From IMG/VR virus record IMGVR_UViG_3300016667_000182, positions 1-25,529 of that record: a DNA stretch of 25,529 bases; one strand, given 5' to 3'. A model generated the notes under the pieces. The model saw only the letters and a list, made by a program, of their open reading frames with translations, ran no database searches and was not told the DNA's origin. The position numbers were made by a program, and so were the translations under genes. Of the stretch, positions 9,840 to 16,819 are shown piece after piece. Within the stretch, counting starts at the first letter, position 1; each line of letters starts with the position of its first letter. This DNA is from a virus. Its lineage: Duplodnaviria; Caudoviricetes.

Positions 9840-10793
9840 TTAGATCAAGTCGTCTAACGCGGCATCCAATTCGTCCTCGAACGAAGAGGGAGCAGCAGGC
9901 TCAGGCTCGGCTGGCTTAGGAGCTGCCTTGGGAGCTGCCTTCTTCGCAGGCTTGGGAGCTTCGGTAACTTCGCCAGTAACCGGATCGTGCGGCACGGGCG
10001 CTGCCTTGGGAGCTGGGGGTTGTTCGAACACCTGTTCCAGTGCCGGAGCAGAAGCCTCAGCCGGAGCCTGATAGTCAGAGGCTTCGGACATGATGCGGGC
10101 CACACGGGGATCTGTCTGGTAGGCGATAACCTTCTTGGCTTCCTCGTCGGTCAGCGGACGGATCGCGCTGAACACGAACTTCGGATATGCCTCTTTGGTA
10201 TCGAACGAGATGCGTACCCCGATGGAGTTATAGGGATAGCCCAGCGCGTCCATCTTAGTGCCGAACGTAGCGATGTCGCTCAGCGATGCGGCTGGCACAC
10301 GCAGCAGCATGGGGCCACCATAAACTTCGTTATCGAGATCCTCGAGCGGCACGATGGCGAGGCGCTTGCTATCTGAGCACGCCTTACCTTGCTTGCCAGC
10401 CGGGGTGATGCGGGAGCCAAAAGCGTTCTGCTTGCAGGTAGCACAGGCCGAGTGCTGCTTCTTAGGAGCGTTGGCATCCGGTGTTACACCGTTAGATGAC
10501 CAGCAGTCGGGTGCGGCTGTCGAACCTTCTACATACCCGTTCTCGTAAAAGATTTTGGACAGGTGTCCAGAGGCTTTGACAATGACGACTTCGATAGATG
10601 CACGCGGACCATCGCCGTCTTCGCGCATGAGGTCGCGCTCTTCGCCACGGTACTTGGTGCGCCACACCTTGCCGCGATAGCTGATGATACCAAAGCCGGA
10701 AACGACACCAGCAGAGAGGTCATTATTGGTGGCGGTGTTTGCGAATACCGTCGAGACGGCACCGAACTTGGATGGGATAGTAATGTTGCTCAT
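9840..10793 (-). CDS. Putative ssDNA-binding / annealing protein
   Basis: Position in the replication module; conserved-looking PDCWS, CATCKQN and KACSDSKRL segments; Pro/Ala linker and acidic tail (FEDELDAALDDLI) as in phage SSBs. Function inferred. Confidence 0.5.
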   Translation of the reverse strand: MSNITIPSKFGAVSTVFANTATNNDLSAGVVSGFGIISYRGKVWRTKYRGEERDLMREDGDGPRASIEVVIVKASGHLSKIFYENGYVEGSTAAPDCWSSNGVTPDANAPKKQHSACATCKQNAFGSRITPAGKQGKACSDSKRLAIVPLEDLDNEVYGGPMLLRVPAASLSDIATFGTKMDALGYPYNSIGVRISFDTKEAYPKFVFSAIRPLTDEEAKKVIAYQTDPRVARIMSEASDYQAPAEASAPALEQVFEQPPAPKAAPVPHDPVTGEVTEAPKPAKKAAPKAAPKPAEPEPAAPSSFEDELDAALDDLI

Positions 10794-10808
10794 AGGTACT
10801 CCTTGGGA

Positions 10809-11207
10809 TTACGAGCGGCGGACGCCGACCAGTGAGGTCGTCGAGTAGTTGACACCCGGAGGGGGTGCTTTGTGTTCACCGATGAAGTCTTCAACGGCAT
10901 TGACGTTAGCCTTCCGGTCTAAAAGATCCCATGCTTCATTACTAACGACGTAGTCCATGAACGCCTGCGGATCAGCCAGAGAAGCTGATTTCTTAGTGGT
11001 GACATAAGCGGTACCAGCCGAGGTACGGATGCTTTCGCCACCAACCTGAGTGAGATGCTGTAGTATTACAGCATTAAGTTTCTCAAGTGTATCCTTGTAC
11101 TTTTTAAGCTCCTCTTTATGACGAGCTTCAATCTCCTTAATCTTATCGCGCAGTGCGAGGTACTGCTCGATGCGGACGTTGATGTCCACTTTAGCGTTGG
11201 CTTCCAT
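10809..11207 (-). CDS. Conserved phage replication-module protein (N-terminal coiled coil)
   Basis: RBS GGAGTAACCA-ATG; 132 aa with coiled coil and C-terminal PPPGVN motif. Confidence 0.7.
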   Translation of the reverse strand: MEANAKVDINVRIEQYLALRDKIKEIEARHKEELKKYKDTLEKLNAVILQHLTQVGGESIRTSAGTAYVTTKKSASLADPQAFMDYVVSNEAWDLLDRKANVNAVEDFIGEHKAPPPGVNYSTTSLVGVRRS

Positions 11208-11222
11208 TGGTTACTCCGGTGG

Positions 11223-12779
11223 TTACGAGTGGTCCTCGAACATTTCGAGTAGGGTGTTTTGTACTTTCTGCTTAGACCTTAGACGCGAGTACATACGCTT
11301 CTCTGCATCCGTCGACTGAAACATAAGGACTAATTGCTTATGCTTCTGCCCCACACGGCGGATGCGGGCATTGGCTTGCTCGAAGATCTCGAGCGACGTG
11401 GTAGGGGCAAACCATATAATAGTATCAGCGGCAGTCAATGTAACACCGTGTGCCATACACTGCGGGTGGGCTACTAAAACCCGTAACTTATTTGTGTTTT
11501 GGAACACGTTGAAGATGTGGTCACGATGGAGGCGGGGGGTCTCTCCCGAGACCGTCTCGCACTCGATGCCCTCATTAAAGAGCCGCGTCTTGATGCCGTT
11601 CAATGCGTGAACAAACGGCACGAAGACAATCACTTTACGCTCAGTACTTTCGATGGTGTCGACAAGAGCCTGTAAGCGATTGTCGTTATCGAGAGTTACA
11701 ACCTCACGCTCCTTCGCATAGACCCATCCGGCGCTGATCTGAAGCAGCTTATTAAGAACGGCTCCTGCGTTCATAGCAGTGATCTCTTTAGCAGCGATTG
11801 CAGCATATGCGTTCTGCTTCATCTGCTTATAGATCTTGTCCTGCTTCGGACCCATTTCGATATCCTGCGTCCGCTCAACCACTTCAGGTAATTCTAATAT
11901 GTCGTCGAGCGTGTAGCGCACAGCAGGCTGTAGTGATGCGAAGGCTTTCTCAATAGCGTCAGGCTTAGGTACCCACTTAAACTGCGTGATGCGCTGCATA
12001 AGATCTTCGCGGTAACGAGAAAAGTAACGCGGCACTGTGTTGGGAGTTACGATGGTGGCTTGTGCCCAAGCGTCCGTTGGTTCGTTAGGCGTAGGCGATC
12101 CAGTCATACCCCACACCCACGGGAAGTTCTTAGCTACATCTCTCGTCTTCTTAGTGCGGTCTGATCCTCCATTACGGTAGACGGCTAGTTCGTCGAGGCA
12201 CAGAACGTCGATATCGGTACGCTTCTTTATGTCCTCTGCGATGATCTTCAGGCCATCGTGATTGATGACGTAGATGTCGTGATCTTCAGCAAGACGCTCT
12301 AACCGTTTTGCTCGTGAGCCATGTAAAGTTACGCAAGACAAGTGTGGTAGGGTGTTAAAGACTTCGCGAGCCCAAGTGAAGTTCATCGTCGATAGCGGTG
12401 CAACGACAAGCATACGTTGGGCTAGGCCAACAGAACGAAGGTAATCAAAGGCCCACAATGCGCTCTTTGTTTTTCCGGTACCCATGCCGTTAAGGACATA
12501 AGCACGCGGGTTCGTCGTAAGCATTGCGCAGGTCTTCTTCTGGACTTCGAATGGTTTCCCACCGGCCCAGTCGTAGTGCATCAGTATCGGTGCAGGTACT
12601 TCATAACCAAGGTTACGAAGAACGCGCGTCTCCTCTAGACCGTGCGGCAGCACGATCAGTTGGTTACTCCCAAGAGTAACTCTCTTCGCTGCGGGGAAGA
12701 GGTTTGCAATGTCGGGGCGGTAAGGCACCCCGACAGCACGGTGCTTAGTAGATAAATGGATCATTGGTGGTCGAGCCAT
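11223..12779 (-). CDS. SNF2-like superfamily 2 helicase
   Basis: Motif I GMGTGKT, Ia VVAPLS, II LDELA, III MTGSP, V HGVTLTAAD, VI QANARIRRVGQ. Confidence 0.92.
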   Translation of the reverse strand: MARPPMIHLSTKHRAVGVPYRPDIANLFPAAKRVTLGSNQLIVLPHGLEETRVLRNLGYEVPAPILMHYDWAGGKPFEVQKKTCAMLTTNPRAYVLNGMGTGKTKSALWAFDYLRSVGLAQRMLVVAPLSTMNFTWAREVFNTLPHLSCVTLHGSRAKRLERLAEDHDIYVINHDGLKIIAEDIKKRTDIDVLCLDELAVYRNGGSDRTKKTRDVAKNFPWVWGMTGSPTPNEPTDAWAQATIVTPNTVPRYFSRYREDLMQRITQFKWVPKPDAIEKAFASLQPAVRYTLDDILELPEVVERTQDIEMGPKQDKIYKQMKQNAYAAIAAKEITAMNAGAVLNKLLQISAGWVYAKEREVVTLDNDNRLQALVDTIESTERKVIVFVPFVHALNGIKTRLFNEGIECETVSGETPRLHRDHIFNVFQNTNKLRVLVAHPQCMAHGVTLTAADTIIWFAPTTSLEIFEQANARIRRVGQKHKQLVLMFQSTDAEKRMYSRLRSKQKVQNTLLEMFEDHS

Positions 12780-13045
12780 TCTTTCAGTTGGGTGGTGTCT
12801 CCATCGATCACGAAGACGGCACCGCCAGCACGGGTAATACTAGCGATGGTTAGTAGTTGTCGTTCAGTAGGCTTCTTCCCCGGCGCTTTTGTTTCGACAG
12901 AAAAGAACTTTCCTTTGTAGCAGCCCATGTAGTCTAAGCCGCTTTTGCCGTACCCACCGGGCACTGGCATCTCGTAGTATAGACCGGGGTACTTCTTCAG
13001 TAGCTCGGTCACCTTTCTTTTTACTTTGCCTTCCGGCGTCGACAT
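12761..13045 (-). CDS. VRR-NUC domain nuclease (putative Holliday junction resolvase)
   Basis: PEGKVK...SGLDY...FFSVETKAPGKKPTERQ; PD-(D/E)xK pattern, typical neighbour of SNF2 and PolA. Confidence 0.88.
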   Translation of the reverse strand: MSTPEGKVKRKVTELLKKYPGLYYEMPVPGGYGKSGLDYMGCYKGKFFSVETKAPGKKPTERQLLTIASITRAGGAVFVIDGDTTQLKEWLDHQ

Positions 13046-13737
13046 TACTCACCATTGTGTGGACACTGTGTAACAGGGCACCAACGGCGGCAAAGGTTAC
13101 CGGGTTTGGGTGGATAGTTAACTTCGATAGATGCGGCTTCGAGCGTCTTTACTCTTGGTAGTAACCCATTCCAAATCTTCGGCATGTCTTCTCTAGTGAA
13201 GTCAGCGCGTGTGGTTGCGTCTTCCTTCAGCCAGACAAACTCGGTGCGGATTTTCTGAACATCAGAGTGATGTGCAAAAACACACTGAGCCATAAGAGCT
13301 AACTGAGATCCATCTTCTTGGATCTTACCAGTCTTCCAATCGAGAACGACAGCGACAGGGCCAACGATCTTAATAACGTCAGCGATGCCACGATACCAAG
13401 CCTCGTCTCCGAACCATGATGTAGGGCCAAAATCCTTAGTGATGGCTAGCTTCTGCTCCACTAGTAGCTTCGCTGTGCCGTCACCAATAACCTTAACGCA
13501 CCACTCTTCGTTCTTCTCAAAAGGCTTCGGCAGAGGCGTACCTTTTTCAATACGTTCAGCCAGTGCCTTGTGAAGAGCGTTGCCGTACTGGATGTGCTCG
13601 CTCTCTTCTTCCTTAACATCCTTAGCAATGTCGAGATGCCAGTGACGCTTAGGACAAGTCTCGTAGTTCTTTAGCTTGGAGTAAGACCAGCTAAACGGCT
13701 TAGGCCGGTTACGAGTGGTAGTAACTGTGAAGCTCAT
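13045..13737 (-). CDS. PD-(D/E)xK Cas4/AddB-like exonuclease
   Basis: WSYSKLKNYETCP, GNALH, RGIAD...LDWKTG, QL motif, C-terminal CRRWCPVTQC (1+3 Cys, Fe-S-like). Confidence 0.85.
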   Translation of the reverse strand: MSFTVTTTRNRPKPFSWSYSKLKNYETCPKRHWHLDIAKDVKEEESEHIQYGNALHKALAERIEKGTPLPKPFEKNEEWCVKVIGDGTAKLLVEQKLAITKDFGPTSWFGDEAWYRGIADVIKIVGPVAVVLDWKTGKIQEDGSQLALMAQCVFAHHSDVQKIRTEFVWLKEDATTRADFTREDMPKIWNGLLPRVKTLEAASIEVNYPPKPGNLCRRWCPVTQCPHNGE

Positions 13738-13922
13738 GCAACCCGTTCCAATTTAGGCGGTCTCTGCGTGAGTTCTTTCAGCAGTTCCCGCGCCGCATAC
13801 TCTGTGTGGCACTGGGCCACGGTGATGTAGGTATTCCCTACGCTACGGCGGGCGACGAACCACTTGCCAGTTTTAGTGGTGGGCATGTGGATGAGCGTGT
13901 ATTGGGTGGGTGTTCGCATCAC
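13734..13922 (-). CDS. Hypothetical protein, last gene of the cassette array
   Basis: Start (GTG/ATG) and RBS supplied by repeat copy 1; ATGA overlap with the exonuclease start. Confidence 0.7.
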   Translation of the reverse strand: MMRTPTQYTLIHMPTTKTGKWFVARRSVGNTYITVAQCHTEYAARELLKELTQRPPKLERVA

Positions 13923-13951
13923 TCTTTCTCCCCAAGCGCAGCGCGGGCTTT
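13917..13951 (-). repeat. Cassette junction repeat, copy 1
   Basis: + strand catcactctttctccccaagcgcagcgcgggcttt; identical over 35 bp to copy 2. Confidence 0.97.
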
Positions 13952-14131
13952 ATTTAAAACCTCTTGTGCTGAGATTGTTTTCAAAAGCCGCGGTTCGCCG
14001 TTTTCTTTGTAAGATTTGACATTGATCGCAAAATCTTCCGGCTCAACTTCCAGTGCCTTACACATGATTTCAATAAGTGTGCTCGTGCTTTGCAACGCTT
14101 CACGCAGCCGTTCAACAATGTCAGTCATCAC
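13919..14131 (-). CDS. Cassette ORF (MTDIVERLR...ARAALGEKE)
   Basis: Bounded by repeat copies 2 and 1; 70 aa. Confidence 0.8.
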   Translation of the reverse strand: MMTDIVERLREALQSTSTLIEIMCKALEVEPEDFAINVKSYKENGEPRLLKTISAQEVLNKARAALGEKE

Positions 14132-14160
14132 TCTTTCTCCCCAAGCGCAGCGCGGGCTTT
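14126..14160 (-). repeat. Cassette junction repeat, copy 2
   Basis: catcactctttctccccaagcgcagcgcgggcttt. Confidence 0.97.
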
Positions 14161-14331
14161 CAGCATAGCATCAGCCATTTCGTAGGCTTTTCGTGCTGAC
14201 ATTTCCGCAACGTTTGCCGGTGCATACATCGTCCCAAGGGCGATGCCTGCAAAATAGTCCCGTAGTGTCATGCCGCATTGCGGTTCGCATAATTCTGTCT
14301 TGTGTGGGAAAGCACTTGGATTTTCCATCAC
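14128..14331 (-). CDS. Cassette ORF, GMTLRDYFA-type small phage protein with ARAALGEKE tail
   Basis: PSAFP...GMTLRDYFA...AYEMADAMLKAR is a recurrent small phage protein pattern; bounded by copies 3 and 2. Confidence 0.8.
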   Translation of the reverse strand: MMENPSAFPHKTELCEPQCGMTLRDYFAGIALGTMYAPANVAEMSARKAYEMADAMLKARAALGEKE

Positions 14332-14360
14332 TCTTTCTCCCCAAGCGCGGCGCGGGCTTT
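14326..14360 (-). repeat. Cassette junction repeat, copy 3
   Basis: catcactctttctccccaagcgcggcgcgggcttt; one substitution versus copies 1 and 2. Confidence 0.97.
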
Positions 14361-14639
14361 TTTCATTGCCTCTGCCATTTCATGAACAGCCGTATCGTTT
14401 CCGGGAACGATACCCATCAGTTTGTGCAGAACATGATGGCAATCACGCAGCGCCTCTTCCAGTTGCTCAATGCGTTTGGCCTGCGCCTCAATGCAGTCGG
14501 CGGCGCGTTCAATTACATCACAAGTGCAAAAGTTGTTTACACAGTCATCGCACTCTTCGCCCCGCAAAAGCCTTATCAAATCATCTGGTGTTCTTGCCTT
14601 ACTTCTGCTGGTGGGTCGCGTCACAAGATTGTCGCTCAT
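14328..14639 (-). CDS. Cassette ORF with Cys cluster and coiled coil, ARAALGEKE tail
   Basis: CDDCVNNFCTC, then AADCIEAQAKRIEQLEEAL; ATGA coupling with GAGGAGG RBS. Confidence 0.75.
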   Translation of the reverse strand: MSDNLVTRPTSRSKARTPDDLIRLLRGEECDDCVNNFCTCDVIERAADCIEAQAKRIEQLEEALRDCHHVLHKLMGIVPGNDTAVHEMAEAMKKARAALGEKE

Positions 14640-14920
14640 TTCATGGCCTCCTCATATGCAGCGAGGGCGTCGAACAGTTCCTGCTCGCTCTTGGTCATCA
14701 TCGGATAGACCTCCGGCGCGAAGAACGACATGCTCACGCGGAAAGGCTTCTTAGGAACGTCGAACATGTGCGACTGCCATTCGTAAGCCAGTCGCCAATA
14801 CGCCTCCTGCACGACCTTGCGAGCGGCCTTCAATTCACGCTCCTTGATATCAAGGACGACTTTCAGCCGGTCGTTCTCGGCCACCAGTTCGTCGTAGTAG
14901 TCCATCATGTCACTCATCAC
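14636..14920 (-). CDS. Cassette ORF without the canonical tail
   Basis: Starts in repeat copy 4; coiled coil ELVAENDRLK; ends ALAAYEEAMK. Confidence 0.75.
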   Translation of the reverse strand: MMSDMMDYYDELVAENDRLKVVLDIKERELKAARKVVQEAYWRLAYEWQSHMFDVPKKPFRVSMSFFAPEVYPMMTKSEQELFDALAAYEEAMK

Positions 14921-14944
14921 TCTTTCTCCCCAAGCGCGGCGCGG
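14915..14944 (-). repeat. Cassette junction repeat, copy 4
   Basis: catcactctttctccccaagcgcggcgcgg. Confidence 0.96.
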
Positions 14945-15147
14945 ATTGATCGTCTCGTGTCCGCCAATATTTGCTTTGCTGCTGTGTCGCCAAGAATTGC
15001 GCCTTCTGCTTTGCAGACCATGACATGGGCAAAACGCAACTCTGTTTGAAGCCGTTCTATTTCTTCCTTTAATCGGCGGTGCGATCTTGCTGTGTATTGG
15101 TCTGAAACAAACTGGTCCCAGTATGCGTCATCTAATCCAGCCATCAC
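14917..15147 (-). CDS. Cassette ORF (EEIERLQ...IRAALGEKE)
   Basis: Bounded by copies 5 and 4; 76 aa. Confidence 0.78.
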   Translation of the reverse strand: MMAGLDDAYWDQFVSDQYTARSHRRLKEEIERLQTELRFAHVMVCKAEGAILGDTAAKQILADTRRSIRAALGEKE

Positions 15148-15176
15148 TCTTTCTCCCCAAGCAGCGCGGCGCGAGC
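15142..15176 (-). repeat. Cassette junction repeat, copy 5 (in-frame 3 bp insertion)
   Basis: catcactctttctccccaagcagcgcggcgcgagc; encodes ARAALLGEKE. Confidence 0.95.
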
Positions 15177-15464
15177 GTTGTCTTCTGCCCTCTCGTAATC
15201 GGCCATCATTAAGCGAAAAATCTTGTTTGATGCGACCGCTCTACTTGGCTTCACTTTCTCGTCTTCGGAACGCTTGAGCAAGGAAGTAGCTGCTACAAGC
15301 GCACTCAATGCAATCGTCAGCGCCTCACGCAGCTGGTCTATTTCATCCTTATAGGCACGGATCAAACTGGCCGTTTGGTTGTCTCTCCCCCAAACGTAAT
15401 CAGTTACGGTTGGCTTGCCATCATCCCAACGCACATCGTCAAAATCTTTAATGTCTTTCATCAC
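15144..15464 (-). CDS. Cassette ORF (start revised to the GTG/ATG of copy 6, MKDIKDF...)
   Basis: In-frame GTG 15464 / ATG 15461 lie in repeat copy 6 with its RBS; EIDQLREAL coiled coil. Confidence 0.78.
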   Translation of the reverse strand: MMKDIKDFDDVRWDDGKPTVTDYVWGRDNQTASLIRAYKDEIDQLREALTIALSALVAATSLLKRSEDEKVKPSRAVASNKIFRLMMADYERAEDNARAALLGEKE

Positions 15465-15490
15465 TCTTTCTCCCCAAGCGCGGTGCGGGC
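15459..15490 (-). repeat. Cassette junction repeat, copy 6
   Basis: catcactctttctccccaagcgcggtgcgggc; encodes ARTALGEKE. Confidence 0.96.
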
Positions 15491-15733
15491 CATTCCGCAT
15501 GTCATGTTGTCGATTTGCGTTAGCCGTCCATACAAGTCCGGCTGTAATTCAAACGGCGGAAGTTCACTGAAATGCTTGCGCCTAAGCGAAACTGCCAACT
15601 GGCCTGCATACCTATGCGCTTCATGCAGTTCATCACGCAGCCGCTCTATTTCGTCGGCGGCTTCGCATAGCTCCTCATCGTTCAGTTCTATCCGCCATCC
15701 ATTCCGCAGCCGTTCAACAATGTCAGTCATCAT
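15461..15733 (-). CDS. First cassette ORF (MTDIVERLR...AADEIERLR...ARTALGEKE)
   Basis: ATGA coupling to 15730..16149; ends in copy 6. Confidence 0.8.
   Translation of the reverse strand: MMTDIVERLRNGWRIELNDEELCEAADEIERLRDELHEAHRYAGQLAVSLRRKHFSELPPFELQPDLYGRLTQIDNMTCGMARTALGEKE
15705..15732 (-). repeat. 28 bp exact repeat of 14103-14130 (encodes MTDIVERLR)
   Basis: cgcagccgttcaacaatgtcagtcatca occurs at both loci. Confidence 0.95.
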
Positions 15734-16149
15734 TTCCTCAATAAGTTGAGTTTTGTAACGAGCGCGTCACTCGGGAACATTGTTCTATCGTCCCGTATAA
15801 AAACTGGATCTCCATTAACGACAAGGAAGACAATGACTTCACTCTCGCCAATGTGGCACTCCAGAAAGTCAAACGGTATCTGATCGAAGTCCGCTACATG
15901 CAGCCTCATGCAGACCATCTGCTTCGCCGTATACTTCCTAGTGAATGGGTCACGGTTGTCATAGACATTAGCTGAAGCTGCTTGGTTAGCTACGCCTAAC
16001 GGTGATGTGTTCATCGTAGCTGCATGATGAAGCGATGCTTTGTGCAGCGCCATTTGCGTAGCCACATCTACTGTACCCATCGCAGTGTTGGGTGAATATA
16101 ATGGTGAGTTAGACATCAAAGCACCTCGGTTAAATGCTGGGACCGACAT
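15730..16149 (-). CDS. Hypothetical protein
   Basis: 139 aa; GGAAGTAACTG-ATG leader; overlaps both neighbours in operon fashion. Confidence 0.7.
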   Translation of the reverse strand: MSVPAFNRGALMSNSPLYSPNTAMGTVDVATQMALHKASLHHAATMNTSPLGVANQAASANVYDNRDPFTRKYTAKQMVCMRLHVADFDQIPFDFLECHIGESEVIVFLVVNGDPVFIRDDRTMFPSDALVTKLNLLRK

Positions 16150-16606
16150 CAGTTACTTCCGTAGTAATAATCTCTACAGGTATGCGGGCTTCATCAAACA
16201 TCTCCTGCGCTGCTCTAAAGTTATCCTGCCAAGCCGATGGTACTTCTGGCATGTAAGCAACGACACGCGAGATGCCTGACTGAATAATGATCCCCGTGCA
16301 GTTGGCGCAAGGGTGTAATGGTGAGACATACAGCGTGCAGTTCTTTACTGGTTGTCCCGCCGTTAGGATTGCGTTGACCTCGGCATGGACAGTCCGCATT
16401 AGCTTCGTCGGGCGGTCTTGATAAAGCGTCCCTGTATCTCTGGTGCCCCTTGGAAATCCATTATAACCAACCGACACAATGGTTTTGTTCGGTCGCACGA
16501 TAACAGCACCGACTTTCGTCGACGGGTCTTTGCTCCACGACGCCACGAGAGAAGCCATCTCGAGAAAGCGTTTATCCCATTTGCGATAGTAAGTTTGAGC
16601 ATCCAT
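16130..16606 (-). CDS. dCMP deaminase (start revised to MDAQTYY)
   Basis: SKDPSTKVGAVIV, GYNGFP, HAEVNA and PCANC zinc-deaminase motifs; ATG 16606 overlaps the TGA of an upstream micro-ORF. Confidence 0.92.
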   Translation of the reverse strand: MDAQTYYRKWDKRFLEMASLVASWSKDPSTKVGAVIVRPNKTIVSVGYNGFPRGTRDTGTLYQDRPTKLMRTVHAEVNAILTAGQPVKNCTLYVSPLHPCANCTGIIIQSGISRVVAYMPEVPSAWQDNFRAAQEMFDEARIPVEIITTEVTDVGPSI

Positions 16607-16695
16607 CAAGCGCCCCGCATATAGTACGCGGCGAAGTAGCATCCGCACGCGATGCCACATATGAAGAAGAATATATTGTAGAAGATCTCATCCAT
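16606..16695 (-). CDS. 29 aa hydrophobic micro-protein (not in ORF track)
   Basis: MDEIFYNIFFFICGIACGCYFAAYYMRGA; RBS AGGAAAACCACA-ATG; TGATG coupling to dCMP deaminase. Confidence 0.6.
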   Translation of the reverse strand: MDEIFYNIFFFICGIACGCYFAAYYMRGA

Positions 16696-16707
16696 TGTGG
16701 TTTTCCT

Positions 16708-16745
16708 AAAATGGCCCCCAGTGCTGGAGAAACACACCGGGGGCC
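16708..16745 (-). terminator. Intrinsic terminator-like hairpin
   Basis: Minus strand GGCCCCCGGTG-TGTTTCTCCAG-CACTGGGGGCC-ATTTT. Confidence 0.65.
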
Positions 16746-16819
16746 TAGTTTACGAACAGAGACAGTAGGGTTGGGACGAAGCCGCTGGGTGCAACTATCG
16801 CTCCAGACAATGACTTATG

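Noticed and set aside
14193-15049. Long + strand ORFs (171 and 259 aa) across the array
   Set aside because: Antisense shadows of coupled minus-strand genes; no RBS or recognisable motifs.
13917-15490. CRISPR array (repeats of 30-35 bp near a Cas4-like gene)
   Set aside because: Intervals are 200-589 bp, uneven and consist of intact ORFs; repeats are translated; no cas1/cas2 or leader.
13917-15490. Classical integron with attC sites
   Set aside because: Repeats lack RYYYAAC/GTTRRRY ends and long dyad symmetry; no tyrosine recombinase in the window.
15465-15500. Track start of the 15144..15500 ORF
   Set aside because: Extension is the repeat read in another frame; the repeat's own RBS and GTG/ATG are the better start.
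14103-15732. Diversity-generating retroelement template/variable repeat pair
   Set aside because: Repeats are short, differences are not adenine-specific, and no reverse transcriptase is present.
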